Positions 39,069 to 47,210 of a stretch of 64,000 bases of DNA are shown in pieces (positions within the stretch are counted from its first letter, which is position 1; every line of letters starts with the position of its first letter). Both the position numbers and the translations under genes were made by a program. The notes below the pieces were generated by a model. That model saw nothing but the letters and a program-made list of their open reading frames with translations. It was not told the DNA's origin and ran no database searches. This DNA is from Phycisphaerae bacterium (GTDB lineage: Bacteria > Planctomycetota > Phycisphaerae > Phycisphaerales > UBA1924): the NCBI GenBank assembly GCA_002706885.1, contig PAKY01000024.1:1774-65773 (forward strand), read 5' to 3'.

Positions 39069-39728
39069 ATGAAGAAGATCCAGACCATCGCCCCCGTCCT
39101 CGCGATCATCGCGGCGTCGGGCGCGGCGAACGCCGGTCTCGTCCAGAGCGATAGCGATTCGCTGACCGTCAGCCACCTCGGCGGCGCGCCCCTCTCGCTC
39201 ACCCTCGACGCCTTCGACGACATGGGCGGGACCCTCATCCTCCAGAGCGCGTCGGTCACCCTCAGCTACACGCTGACCCTCGATCACATGGTCGAGCAGA
39301 TCGCCGGCTCCGTCCCCGCCGAGTCCGACTTCGACTTCAACTTCTCCATCGGCATCAGCAGCATCGACATCCCCCTCGGCCTGAGCGACACCGAGCTCTA
39401 CGAGGCCGACTACGTCCTCGCTCCGTTCGACGGCGCGATGGACTTCGACGGCGACTCGGGCGAGACGCGCACGTGGAACGACGGCAACAGCGTCGGCTCG
39501 ACCTACGTCAACGGCGACCTCGTTTTCTTCTCGAACGACCTCGACTTCCTCGTATCGGGCACGACGCTCGGTGTCTTCTCGAGCACCTACGGCGGACAGC
39601 TCGAAGGCTGGAACTTCTCGGTTACCGTCGACGCCACCGTCGAGTACTTCGCGACCGAAGTCCCGACCCCCGCGAGCGCCTCGCTGCTCGCCCTCGGCGG
39701 CCTCGTCGCGACCCGTCGCCGTCGCTGA
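39069..39728 (+). CDS. secreted protein with PEP-CTERM-like tail
   Basis: Start ATG 39069 (MKKIQTIAPVLAIIAASGAANAG). C-terminus TEVPTPASASLLALGGLVATRRRR-stop. Confidence 0.85.
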   Translation: MKKIQTIAPVLAIIAASGAANAGLVQSDSDSLTVSHLGGAPLSLTLDAFDDMGGTLILQSASVTLSYTLTLDHMVEQIAGSVPAESDFDFNFSIGISSIDIPLGLSDTELYEADYVLAPFDGAMDFDGDSGETRTWNDGNSVGSTYVNGDLVFFSNDLDFLVSGTTLGVFSSTYGGQLEGWNFSVTVDATVEYFATEVPTPASASLLALGGLVATRRRR

Positions 39729-39790
39729 CCGAATCGCCTCGGCGTTCGACGCTCGTCTCGATACAACAGACGAACAAGCAAACCATGCAA

Positions 39791-39822
39791 GGGCTCCGCG
39801 CACCGCGGAGCCCTTTCTCTTT
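39791..39822 (+). terminator. rho-independent terminator of 39069..39728
   Basis: GGGCTCCGCG-cac-CGCGGAGCCC followed by TTTCTCTTT. Confidence 0.7.
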
Positions 39823-40047
39823 GAGATCCGTGGCAGACGCGCGATCGCCGCGACCCAACGGCAAACCCGCCGACTTCCTCACGCGCTTTTCGCTGAAAAC
39901 AGCCGCTTTTTGTGGCAACATCTATGGAAGCCGTTACATTGACAACACGTTCGTAACACTTGTGCCGGATGAATCGGCGGGTCGACGAAGCGTTCAGTCG
40001 ACCGGCCATGTCAGCACACCCGCATCCAGAAGTGAGGGGGCTTTCTC

Positions 40048-40770
40048 ATGCGCTCGTTCGAGATCACCGCTATCGCTGCGTCCATGCTCGCCGGCTCGGT
40101 CGCCAACGCCCAGACGTTCAACTTCGACTTCGGTTTCCAGCCGACCGACCAGAACGGCGACTACGTCACGCAGGGCTGGAACAACATCGACTACTTCACC
40201 TCGTTCTACGTCGGCCTGATCGACGACCAGGGCGTCACCCACAACGGCATGGCCCTCGAGTGGACCGGCTTCTACGACTCCGGCTCGAGCACCCAGGGCT
40301 CCGACAACCCCTCGGGCGACGCCGCCTTCCTCCCCGTGACCGCCTCCGACGACTACCTCTTCGGCCACGATGACGGCTGGGCCGGCCGCGAGGGCGAGTC
40401 CTTCGTCGAGATCACCATCTTCGGCCTCGACACCTCGGGCGACGTCGTCTACGACTTCAGCTTCTTCGGTTCCCGCGGCGGCGTCGCGGGCGTCCGCTCG
40501 GCGCTCTACACCGCCATCGGCGCCAACAGCGGCTCCGACTCGCTCAACGCCAGCAGCAACGACACCGACCTCGCTTACGTCAACGGCATCTTCGCCAACG
40601 CCAATGGCGAGATCACCATCACCATCCAGAAGGACGTCACCAACGACAACGGCGACGGCTTCTTCTACATCAACGCCGCGACCCTGACGTCGCGCATCGT
40701 GCCCGCTCCGGGCGCCGCCGCTCTCCTCGCCTTTGCGGGCGTCGGTGTCGCGACCCGCCGCCGCCGTTGA
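40048..40770 (+). CDS. secreted protein with PEP-CTERM-like tail
   Basis: ATG 40048 after GAGGGGG. Signal peptide MRSFEITAIAASMLAGSVANA. C-terminus RIVPAPGAAALLAFAGVGVATRRRR-stop. Confidence 0.85.
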   Translation: MRSFEITAIAASMLAGSVANAQTFNFDFGFQPTDQNGDYVTQGWNNIDYFTSFYVGLIDDQGVTHNGMALEWTGFYDSGSSTQGSDNPSGDAAFLPVTASDDYLFGHDDGWAGREGESFVEITIFGLDTSGDVVYDFSFFGSRGGVAGVRSALYTAIGANSGSDSLNASSNDTDLAYVNGIFANANGEITITIQKDVTNDNGDGFFYINAATLTSRIVPAPGAAALLAFAGVGVATRRRR

Positions 40771-40807
40771 GACGCTCTACCTCACCTCCTGATTTAGAGG
40801 AACAATC

Positions 40808-41713
40808 ATGAAGCAGCACCTCTCCGCGGTCTGCGTCGCCGCGCTCGCCCTGGGCGCCGCGGCCGAGCCCAAGGACATCTTCTGGATCGGCAACAGCCAC
40901 ACCCGCTGGTCCGCCGCCACCGCCACCACGCCCAACGGCGGCAGCGTCCCGGGCGTCGCCGACCTCGTCGGCAAGCTCGCCGTCGCCGCTGGCTACGACG
41001 CTCCCAACCACTACTGGGACGTCATCAACGGTGAGTTCATCTCCAACCGCGTCGGCCGCGCAGCCTCGCTCGCGACCAACAGCGTCCCCGCGGGCGTCAC
41101 CATCGACACCCTCGTCCTCCAGGGGCACTCCACCGAGAGCCTCACCTGGCTCGGCGGCAACGCCGCAACCTTCGGCGCCAACACCGCCGCCATCGAGTCA
41201 GCGTTCCGCAACATGAACAACAGCGCGCTCGAGACCGTCCTCTACCAGACCTGGGCCCGCGAACGTGGCCACGGTGACTACCAGGCCAACGGCGGCCCCG
41301 TCCCCAGCATCCAGGCCTGGCACGACGCCAACCGCGCGAGCTACACCGACGCCGGCGCGGGCATCAACGCCAACGGCGGATCCGCCGAGGTCAGCCGCGT
41401 CGGCGACGCCTTCGCCCTCGCCGACTGGGACCAGCAGTACTACGTCGGCGACGACAACCACTTCAGCCGCGAAGGCGGCGTGCTCGCGAGCGTCGTCCTC
41501 TTCAACTCCATCTACAACGACGACGTCTCACGCCTCGACATCAACCTCAACGAGTTCGATGACGAGATCGAGATCACCCTCCGCCAGCTCGGCGTCTCCG
41601 CCGCCGAGTGGGAAGCCATCACCGCCCTCGCCACCCAGGCCGCCATCCCGGCGCCCGGCGTCGCGAGCGTCCTCGTTCTCGGCGGCGCCCTCGCCGCCCG
41701 TCGCCGTCGCTGA
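40808..41713 (+). CDS. secreted SGNH/DUF4886-like hydrolase-fold protein with PEP-CTERM-like tail
   Basis: ATG 40808 after AGAGGA. Signal peptide then DIFWIGNSHT (block I-like), LVLQGHS, VLYQTWARE, DDNHFSREGGVLAS (block V-like). C-terminus AIPAPGVASVLVLGGALAARRRR-stop. Only 37 nt after the previous gene. Confidence 0.82.
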   Translation: MKQHLSAVCVAALALGAAAEPKDIFWIGNSHTRWSAATATTPNGGSVPGVADLVGKLAVAAGYDAPNHYWDVINGEFISNRVGRAASLATNSVPAGVTIDTLVLQGHSTESLTWLGGNAATFGANTAAIESAFRNMNNSALETVLYQTWARERGHGDYQANGGPVPSIQAWHDANRASYTDAGAGINANGGSAEVSRVGDAFALADWDQQYYVGDDNHFSREGGVLASVVLFNSIYNDDVSRLDINLNEFDDEIEITLRQLGVSAAEWEAITALATQAAIPAPGVASVLVLGGALAARRRR

Positions 41714-41758
41714 GTTCCGCCGAGTCATCGACTCGACAACCCAACGAATACAGCCAAC

Positions 41759-41789
41759 AAAAAAAGCCCCGCGCGAAGCGGGGCTTTTT
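41759..41789. terminator. bidirectional rho-independent terminator
   Basis: AAAAAAA-GCCCCGC-gcgaa-GCGGGGC-TTTTT, between convergent genes ending at 41713 (+) and 41820 (-). Confidence 0.8.
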
Positions 41790-41819
41790 CATTGGTGAGA
41801 AGGCTTTGTTCGCGAGCGA

Positions 41820-42461
41820 TCAGGCCCGACGGCGACGGGTCGCCACCAGCCCGAGCCCAGCGCACGCCAGCGCCGCCCCCGACGGGAGCGGAACCGCGGC
41901 CGTGAAGCTGAAGTCGTTGATGCCGAACGTGCCGCCGCCGTTGCTCAGTTCGATGCTCGTGATCTGGAGCGACGGGTTCGAGAGCCCGAACGACTGGAAC
42001 GGGAACAGCAGCTCGATGCCGCTGCCAAACCCAGGCGCCGGAAGATCGAACGTCAGCGTGTCGCCGTTCCGCAGGCCAACCGCGAGGTGCAGCGTCTGGT
42101 CGCGACGACGCACGACCTCCAGCGACACGTCCGTCAGGTACGTCCCGGGCTCCGCGACATCGATCCGGATCGTCGACGTCACGGCGCCGAACCCGAGGCC
42201 CGCGGCCTGCAGGTCGCCGTCCCCATCGCCGAAGCCGCCGAAGCCGCCGAGGTCGCCCGCCACCGGCTGCTCGAGCGGGTGGTCGATGACATTGATCAGG
42301 TCGACCAGATCGCCGCTGAACAGCACGCCAAGCCCGGCGTACTGGTCGGTGATCTGTTCACCCGCGCCGACGAGGCCTTCGTCGAACGTGATGGTGGTGT
42401 TACCAGCCCACGCCGCGGCGGAGAGCCCGGCGAGAGCAACGAACGCGAGAGTCTTCTTCAC
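41820..42461 (-). CDS. secreted protein with PEP-CTERM-like tail
   Basis: GTG 42461, 7 nt after GGAGG (MKKTLAFVALAGLSAAAWA). C-terminus AAVPLPSGAALACAGLGLVATRRRRA-stop. Confidence 0.85.
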   Translation of the reverse strand: MKKTLAFVALAGLSAAAWAGNTTITFDEGLVGAGEQITDQYAGLGVLFSGDLVDLINVIDHPLEQPVAGDLGGFGGFGDGDGDLQAAGLGFGAVTSTIRIDVAEPGTYLTDVSLEVVRRRDQTLHLAVGLRNGDTLTFDLPAPGFGSGIELLFPFQSFGLSNPSLQITSIELSNGGGTFGINDFSFTAAVPLPSGAALACAGLGLVATRRRRA

Positions 42462-42575
42462 CTGTCAACCTCCAAGTATGGGCAAATGACCGGAGACAAG
42501 AATCTCGCCCTTGATCGCCGCCGTCAATGACCGCTCACGACGTTCGGAGACATTTATCAAGAATTCCACAAACTC

Positions 42576-43040
42576 ATGGCGTCGCGGAGGTTGGAGATCG
42601 GCCTATTTCAGGGTGAAGATCGCCATAGTTTCATTTCACCCGATTTTTATCGGCTCCGGCAATCCCCCCACGCCGCCGTAAGTCCAGCCGTCGCCAACAC
42701 CTTGACCAGCTTCAGCGACCCCGCCGTCCCGCAATCTATCGCTGCCGTCCGACACCAATGCCCCAACCTCCAACGCGCCGAGGCCCCGGGACCATCGATG
42801 CAACGCGAGCACAAGGTCATCGCCGCTTAGGCCGCCGACGTCGCCGCCATCACCCTCGCCATCTGCCCCGCCGCCATCGCTCTCGCCAACGCCGTCCTGC
42901 CCACTCTCGCCTATCCCGAAACCGCCTCTATCGCGAGGCTCAAGGACGACGCCAACGTCGCGTGGGACTTCGACGCCGAAACCCGAGCGCCGTTCTGGAA
43001 CGACCTCGAGCCGCCCGACGAGGCGCCTAAGGACGACTGA
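42576..43040 (+). pseudogene. coding-like small ORF interrupted by an in-frame TAG (42828-42830): possible pseudogene or recoded/mis-sequenced small secreted protein
   Basis: Listed ORF 42576..42830 stops at TAG. The same frame stays open to TGA 43038-43040 with about 88 percent G/C at codon position 3 and no ATG/GTG/TTG after the TAG. Read through from ATG 42798 it gives MQREHKVIAA*AADVAAITLAICPAAIALANAVLP.. (signal-anchor-like) followed by an acidic tail. Confidence 0.3.
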
Positions 43041-43083
43041 ACCCGCCGCCGCAACACGCTCCGCGGTGCGATACCCTCCCCCC

Positions 43084-44079
43084 ATGCAGACAAGAATGCT
43101 CATCGCCGACATGACCCCCTCGCAGCGCATCGACGGCCTCTTCGCCATCGCCAACAGCCAGCTCGGCCGCACACGCCAGGACAAGCCCTACCTCCGCTGC
43201 CTCATCAGCGACCGCTCGGGAGAGGCCCCGGCGCGTATGTGGTCATGCGACGAAGCCCTCTTCGCGTCTCTCCCCACCGACGGATTCGTCCGCATCGAGG
43301 GCGAGACCCAGGCCTACCAGGGCCAGCTCCAGATCATCATCCACACCATCGAGCCCTCCGAGCCCTCCGTCGAGGAGATGAAAGACCTCCTCCCCGTCAC
43401 CGAGCGCGACATCGAGGAGATGTGGACCGAGACCGTCCGACTCCTTGAGAGCTTCGAGCACCCCGCCATGCGAGCCCTCGGCGAGCTCTTCCTCGAAGAC
43501 GCCTACTTCGTCGAGGCCTTCAAGCGAGCCCCCGCCGCCAAGGCCCTCCACCACAGCCACCTCGGCGGCCTCCTCGAACACACCGTCACCCTCATGCAGA
43601 TCGCAGACCGCATCTGCCCGCTCTACCCCAAGATCAACCGCGACCTCGTCGTCATGGGCTGCTTCCTCCAGGACATCGGCAAGACCCGCGAGCTCCGCTA
43701 CGACCGCGCCTTCAGCTACACCGACCAGGGCGAGCTCATCGGCCACATCGTCGAAGGCACCCACATGCTCCGCGCCAAGACCGAGCAGCTCATGCGCGAG
43801 AAGGGCGTCCGCCTGCCCCCGGGCGCCGCGATGATCCTCGAGCACATCATCCTCAGCCACCACGGCCTCCCCGAGCACGGCGCCGCCAAGGTCCCCATGA
43901 GCCCCGAGGCCGTCCTCGTCAGCCACATCGACGCCCTCGACGCCAAGACCGTCATCGCCCTCGACGCCGCCCGCCCGACCAACGCCCCCGCGGCCGACCT
44001 CGGAGGCAACTTCACCGACCGCCAGTGGGCCCTCGGCGTCAAGCTCTACAAGCCCGACCCCCTCGCCGAAACGCGCTAG
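43084..44079 (+). CDS. OB-fold + HD-domain phosphohydrolase (YhaM-like 3'-5' exoribonuclease family)
   Basis: N-terminal OB (KPYLRCLISDRSGEAPARMW..VRIEGETQAYQGQLQIIIHTI). HD core HHSHLGGLLEHTV..FLQDIGK..LSHHG. Start ATG 43084 or the upstream alternative start at 43066. Confidence 0.88.
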   Translation: MQTRMLIADMTPSQRIDGLFAIANSQLGRTRQDKPYLRCLISDRSGEAPARMWSCDEALFASLPTDGFVRIEGETQAYQGQLQIIIHTIEPSEPSVEEMKDLLPVTERDIEEMWTETVRLLESFEHPAMRALGELFLEDAYFVEAFKRAPAAKALHHSHLGGLLEHTVTLMQIADRICPLYPKINRDLVVMGCFLQDIGKTRELRYDRAFSYTDQGELIGHIVEGTHMLRAKTEQLMREKGVRLPPGAAMILEHIILSHHGLPEHGAAKVPMSPEAVLVSHIDALDAKTVIALDAARPTNAPAADLGGNFTDRQWALGVKLYKPDPLAETR

Positions 44080-44171
44080 GCGCCGATCCGGCAATACCTC
44101 GCTTCCTCCCGCGTTGCTTCCCCGGTAGCCTGCGACGCCGACGGTGATCGTCTGCGCAGAGGAGTGTGAAG

Positions 44172-45386
44172 ATGACCATCGCCCGCCGAACGGCCGCAAG
44201 CCTCGCCGCCGCCGCCGCGCTCTGTGCGAACGCCCCCGCCGGCGAGCCACAGGTCACCATCGAAGGCCTCGAGAACGGCCAGGTGGTCTCGGGCCAGCTC
44301 CTCCTCCAGGGAACCGCCGCCGCCGCGACGCGCGTCGCCGTCTCGATCGACAACGGCCCCTTCACCCCCGCCGACGGCGTCCAGTCGTGGACCTTCCTCC
44401 TCGACGCATCCACGCTCGCGTTCGCCCACCACACCATCACCGTCCGCGCCCGCGAAGGCTTCGGCCCCTTCGCCGAGGTCGAACGGTCCATCATCGTCAA
44501 CGACCAATCGCCGCCGACGCCCGCCTGCGATTCAATCACACCAGGCGCCCTCGTCGCCCCCGACAACGCCGTCGCGCCGACGCGCCTCAACTTCCCCGCC
44601 GGCTCGCGCATCCACCTCGTCATCATCGGCCACAGCGAGAACCGCGGCTACGACGCCCCCCTCCGCGATCTCCTCACCGCCAACCCTCCGGGCGGTTACG
44701 ACTTCGACATCACCAACATCTGGATCGGCGGACACGAGACCTATCGATGGGGCGCCCCGGGCCAGCAGGGCTACGAAGCGGTGGGGGACGTCCTCGCCAC
44801 CATCAACGGCCCGACCCTCGCCCTCATCCTCACCTCCAACAACGTCACCTACCCCGCCTCCGAGCCGACATTCGACGACGCCAACCACGCCCGCTTCGTC
44901 GACGAGATGGAGCAACTCGCAGACCGCCTCCACGCCGACGGCGCAGGCGTCGATATGTGCTTCTTCTCCGCCCATCGCATGAAGCCCGACAACCTCATGC
45001 CGTCCTGGTACGAGAACCTCGCGGTCAACGACCTCCTTCGCCGCGCCGAGGCAATGAACAAGCCCTACATCAAGGCCGGCCCCGAACAGCATCAACTCCA
45101 CTGGTGCTGCTACCCCGACTGCTACGCCCCCGACCACTCGCACACCAACGCCGCGGGCGACGCGCTCATGGCCGAGGCCTGGTACCGCGTCCTCGACGCC
45201 GCGCTCGCGCCCTGCCCCGCCGACCTCGCCGAGCCGACGGGCAAACTCGACATCGCCGACGTCGTCGCCTTCCTCCAGTTCTTCGGCGTCATGGATCCCC
45301 GCGCCGACCTCGCCGCTCCCACGGGGGTGTTCGACGTCGCCGACGTCGTCGAATTCCTCCGCGCGTTCGGAGCCGGCTGCCCCTGA
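44172..45386 (+). CDS. secreted Ig-like + SGNH-like hydrolase-fold protein with GC-type dockerin-like C-terminal module
   Basis: ATG 44172, 7 nt after AGAGGAG. Signal peptide TIARRTAASLAAAAALCANAPAG. LVIIGHSE, DHSHTNAAGDALMAEAWY. Last 57 aa: CPADLAEPTGKLDIADVVAFLQFFGVMDPRADLAAPTGVFDVADVVEFLRAFGAGCP. Confidence 0.88.
   Translation: MTIARRTAASLAAAAALCANAPAGEPQVTIEGLENGQVVSGQLLLQGTAAAATRVAVSIDNGPFTPADGVQSWTFLLDASTLAFAHHTITVRAREGFGPFAEVERSIIVNDQSPPTPACDSITPGALVAPDNAVAPTRLNFPAGSRIHLVIIGHSENRGYDAPLRDLLTANPPGGYDFDITNIWIGGHETYRWGAPGQQGYEAVGDVLATINGPTLALILTSNNVTYPASEPTFDDANHARFVDEMEQLADRLHADGAGVDMCFFSAHRMKPDNLMPSWYENLAVNDLLRRAEAMNKPYIKAGPEQHQLHWCCYPDCYAPDHSHTNAAGDALMAEAWYRVLDAALAPCPADLAEPTGKLDIADVVAFLQFFGVMDPRADLAAPTGVFDVADVVEFLRAFGAGCP
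45213..45383 (+). repeat. GC-type dockerin-like module, copy 1 (coding repeat)
   Basis: 57 codons from the first Cys to the terminal GCP. Internally duplicated: DLAEPTGKLDIADVVAFLQFFG / DLAAPTGVFDVADVVEFLRAFG. Confidence 0.85.
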
Positions 45387-45529
45387 CCGGCATCGCGATC
45401 GATCCCTCATAAAATCCTGCGCGTGAGTCATCGCCGCGCGCCCGCGCTGTCTCCTAAGGACATCAACGATCGACGGGGAGCGGCCAGGGCGTCGCGCATC
45501 GCGGTCGAACAACACCCGGGAGACCCGAC

Positions 45530-47134
45530 ATGCTCGCGACGCGAACCGCGATCGCTGCGCTGTGCCTCTGCGCCGCCTCGCACGCCCACGCCCAGCCGAC
45601 CACGCGCCCCAACGCCATCATGACCCTCTCCTCCTCGGGCGTCCAGGCCAACAGCCTCAGCCTCAACGTCGCGATCAGCGCCGACGGACGTCACGTCTTC
45701 TACGCCAATCGCTCCACCAACCTCGTCATCCCCGCCACCGTCGGTCAGCAGATCTTCGCCCACGACCGCGACCCCGACGCCAACGGCGTCTTCGACGAAG
45801 GCAACGGCGTCACCACGCTCATGTCCCTCGGCGTCGACGGTCTCGAGGGCAACGGCTTCACGGGCGGCTTCAACGGTCAGGCGAGCATCGACTGCTCCGC
45901 CGACGGCCGCTTCGTCATCTGGCAGAGCCAATCCACCAACCTCATCCCCGCCGACGGGTCGGGCCGACCCAACTACGACGTGTTCATCCGCGATCGAGAC
46001 CCCGACGGCAACGGTGTCTTCGACGAAGGCAACGGCGTCAACGAACGGATCAACGAGCCCGTCGCGGGCGGCGAGCCGTCCTCCGGCGACAACGGCAACG
46101 ACCACATCGCGATCAGCGATGATGGCCGCTACGTCGCCTACAGCTCATCCTCGACCAACCTCGTCGCGCCATCGATCAACAGCGTGCGTCCGGGCATCTA
46201 CGTCCGCGATCGACTGACCCAGACCAACCTGCTCATCCAGGCGCCCGACATCAACTTCGGCTTCCGCTACCCCGACATCTCGGGCGACGGTGAATGGGTC
46301 GTCTACGCAGGTTTCTTCCTCACGGGCGGACAGCAGGTCGTCGTCAGGCCGCGAGCCGGCGGAGCCGCCGTCACCGTCAGCCGAAACGACAACGGCGACC
46401 CGGGCGACGCCAACTCGGGCACGAACCCCAACTCGCACGGGCCACGCATCAGCCGCGACGGCCGCTTCGTCGTCTTCGGCTCGTTCGCCAGCAACCTCGA
46501 CGTCGCTCGCCCCGCCGACCAACCCAATATGTACAAGCTCTTCATCCACGACCGCGACGCCGACGGCAACGGCGTCTTCGACGAGCCCGGAGGCTTTACC
46601 ACCCGCCGCATGGACGTCGGTCCGGGCGGCGTCGGCGGCAGCGCCTTCCCCGCCGATCCGGAGATCTCCGCCGACGGCGCCCGCGTCGTCTTCTCGTCCT
46701 CCGCCGACAACCTCGTCCCTGGCGACGCCCTCCCGGGCTTCCAGGGACGCGACATCTTCCTCTACGAACGAGCGACTGCGGCGCTCTCGATCGTCAGCCG
46801 CAACGACGCGGGCACGCAGGCCACCGCCCAGAGCTTCGATCCCAAGATTGCAGCCGACGGCGCCAGCTTCATCTTCAGGTCCGCCGCCAACAACCTCGTC
46901 GCGAACGACAGCAACTTCGGCGAGGACGTCTTCGCCCGCGATCTCCCCCCGACCGGGTGCTCCGCGGCCGATCTCGCCGCGCCGTTCGGGGCCCTCGATA
47001 TCGCCGACGTCGTCGGCTTCCTGAGCTTCTTCGGAGCGATGGACCCCCGCGCCGACCTCGCCGCCCCCGCCGGAACGTTCGATATTGCCGACGTCGTGAC
47101 CTTCCTGAGCCTCTTCGGCGCGGGCTGCCCATAA
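45530..47134 (+). CDS. secreted PD40/TolB-like beta-propeller repeat protein with GC-type dockerin-like module
   Basis: Signal peptide MLATRTAIAALCLCAASHAHA. Repeated ISADGRHVFYANRSTNLV / SADGRFVIWQSQSTNLI / SDDGRYVAYSSSSTNLV / SRDGRFVVFGSFASNL / SADGARVVFSSSADNLV. Tail CSAADLAAPFGALDIADVVGFLSFFGAMDPRADLAAPAGTFDIADVVTFLSLFGAGCP. Confidence 0.9.
   Translation: MLATRTAIAALCLCAASHAHAQPTTRPNAIMTLSSSGVQANSLSLNVAISADGRHVFYANRSTNLVIPATVGQQIFAHDRDPDANGVFDEGNGVTTLMSLGVDGLEGNGFTGGFNGQASIDCSADGRFVIWQSQSTNLIPADGSGRPNYDVFIRDRDPDGNGVFDEGNGVNERINEPVAGGEPSSGDNGNDHIAISDDGRYVAYSSSSTNLVAPSINSVRPGIYVRDRLTQTNLLIQAPDINFGFRYPDISGDGEWVVYAGFFLTGGQQVVVRPRAGGAAVTVSRNDNGDPGDANSGTNPNSHGPRISRDGRFVVFGSFASNLDVARPADQPNMYKLFIHDRDADGNGVFDEPGGFTTRRMDVGPGGVGGSAFPADPEISADGARVVFSSSADNLVPGDALPGFQGRDIFLYERATAALSIVSRNDAGTQATAQSFDPKIAADGASFIFRSAANNLVANDSNFGEDVFARDLPPTGCSAADLAAPFGALDIADVVGFLSFFGAMDPRADLAAPAGTFDIADVVTFLSLFGAGCP
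46958..47131 (+). repeat. GC-type dockerin-like module, copy 2
   Basis: 58 codons, TGC at 46958 to the terminal GCP. By eye it shares most nucleotides with copy 3. Confidence 0.85.
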
Positions 47135-47210
47135 CCGCCGCCCGATTTCGCCTTGGGAAGCCAACGCCGATCCGCTACGTTGGGCGCTCCTCGAAGGGAA
47201 GGAGCCCACG

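Noticed and set aside
42828-42830. Pyrrolysine or another programmed recoding at the in-frame TAG
   Set aside because: No pylS/pylT/pylBCD-like genes are seen here and there is no known precedent in the inferred lineage. A nonsense mutation or sequencing error is the simpler explanation, and it is kept as such in the findings.
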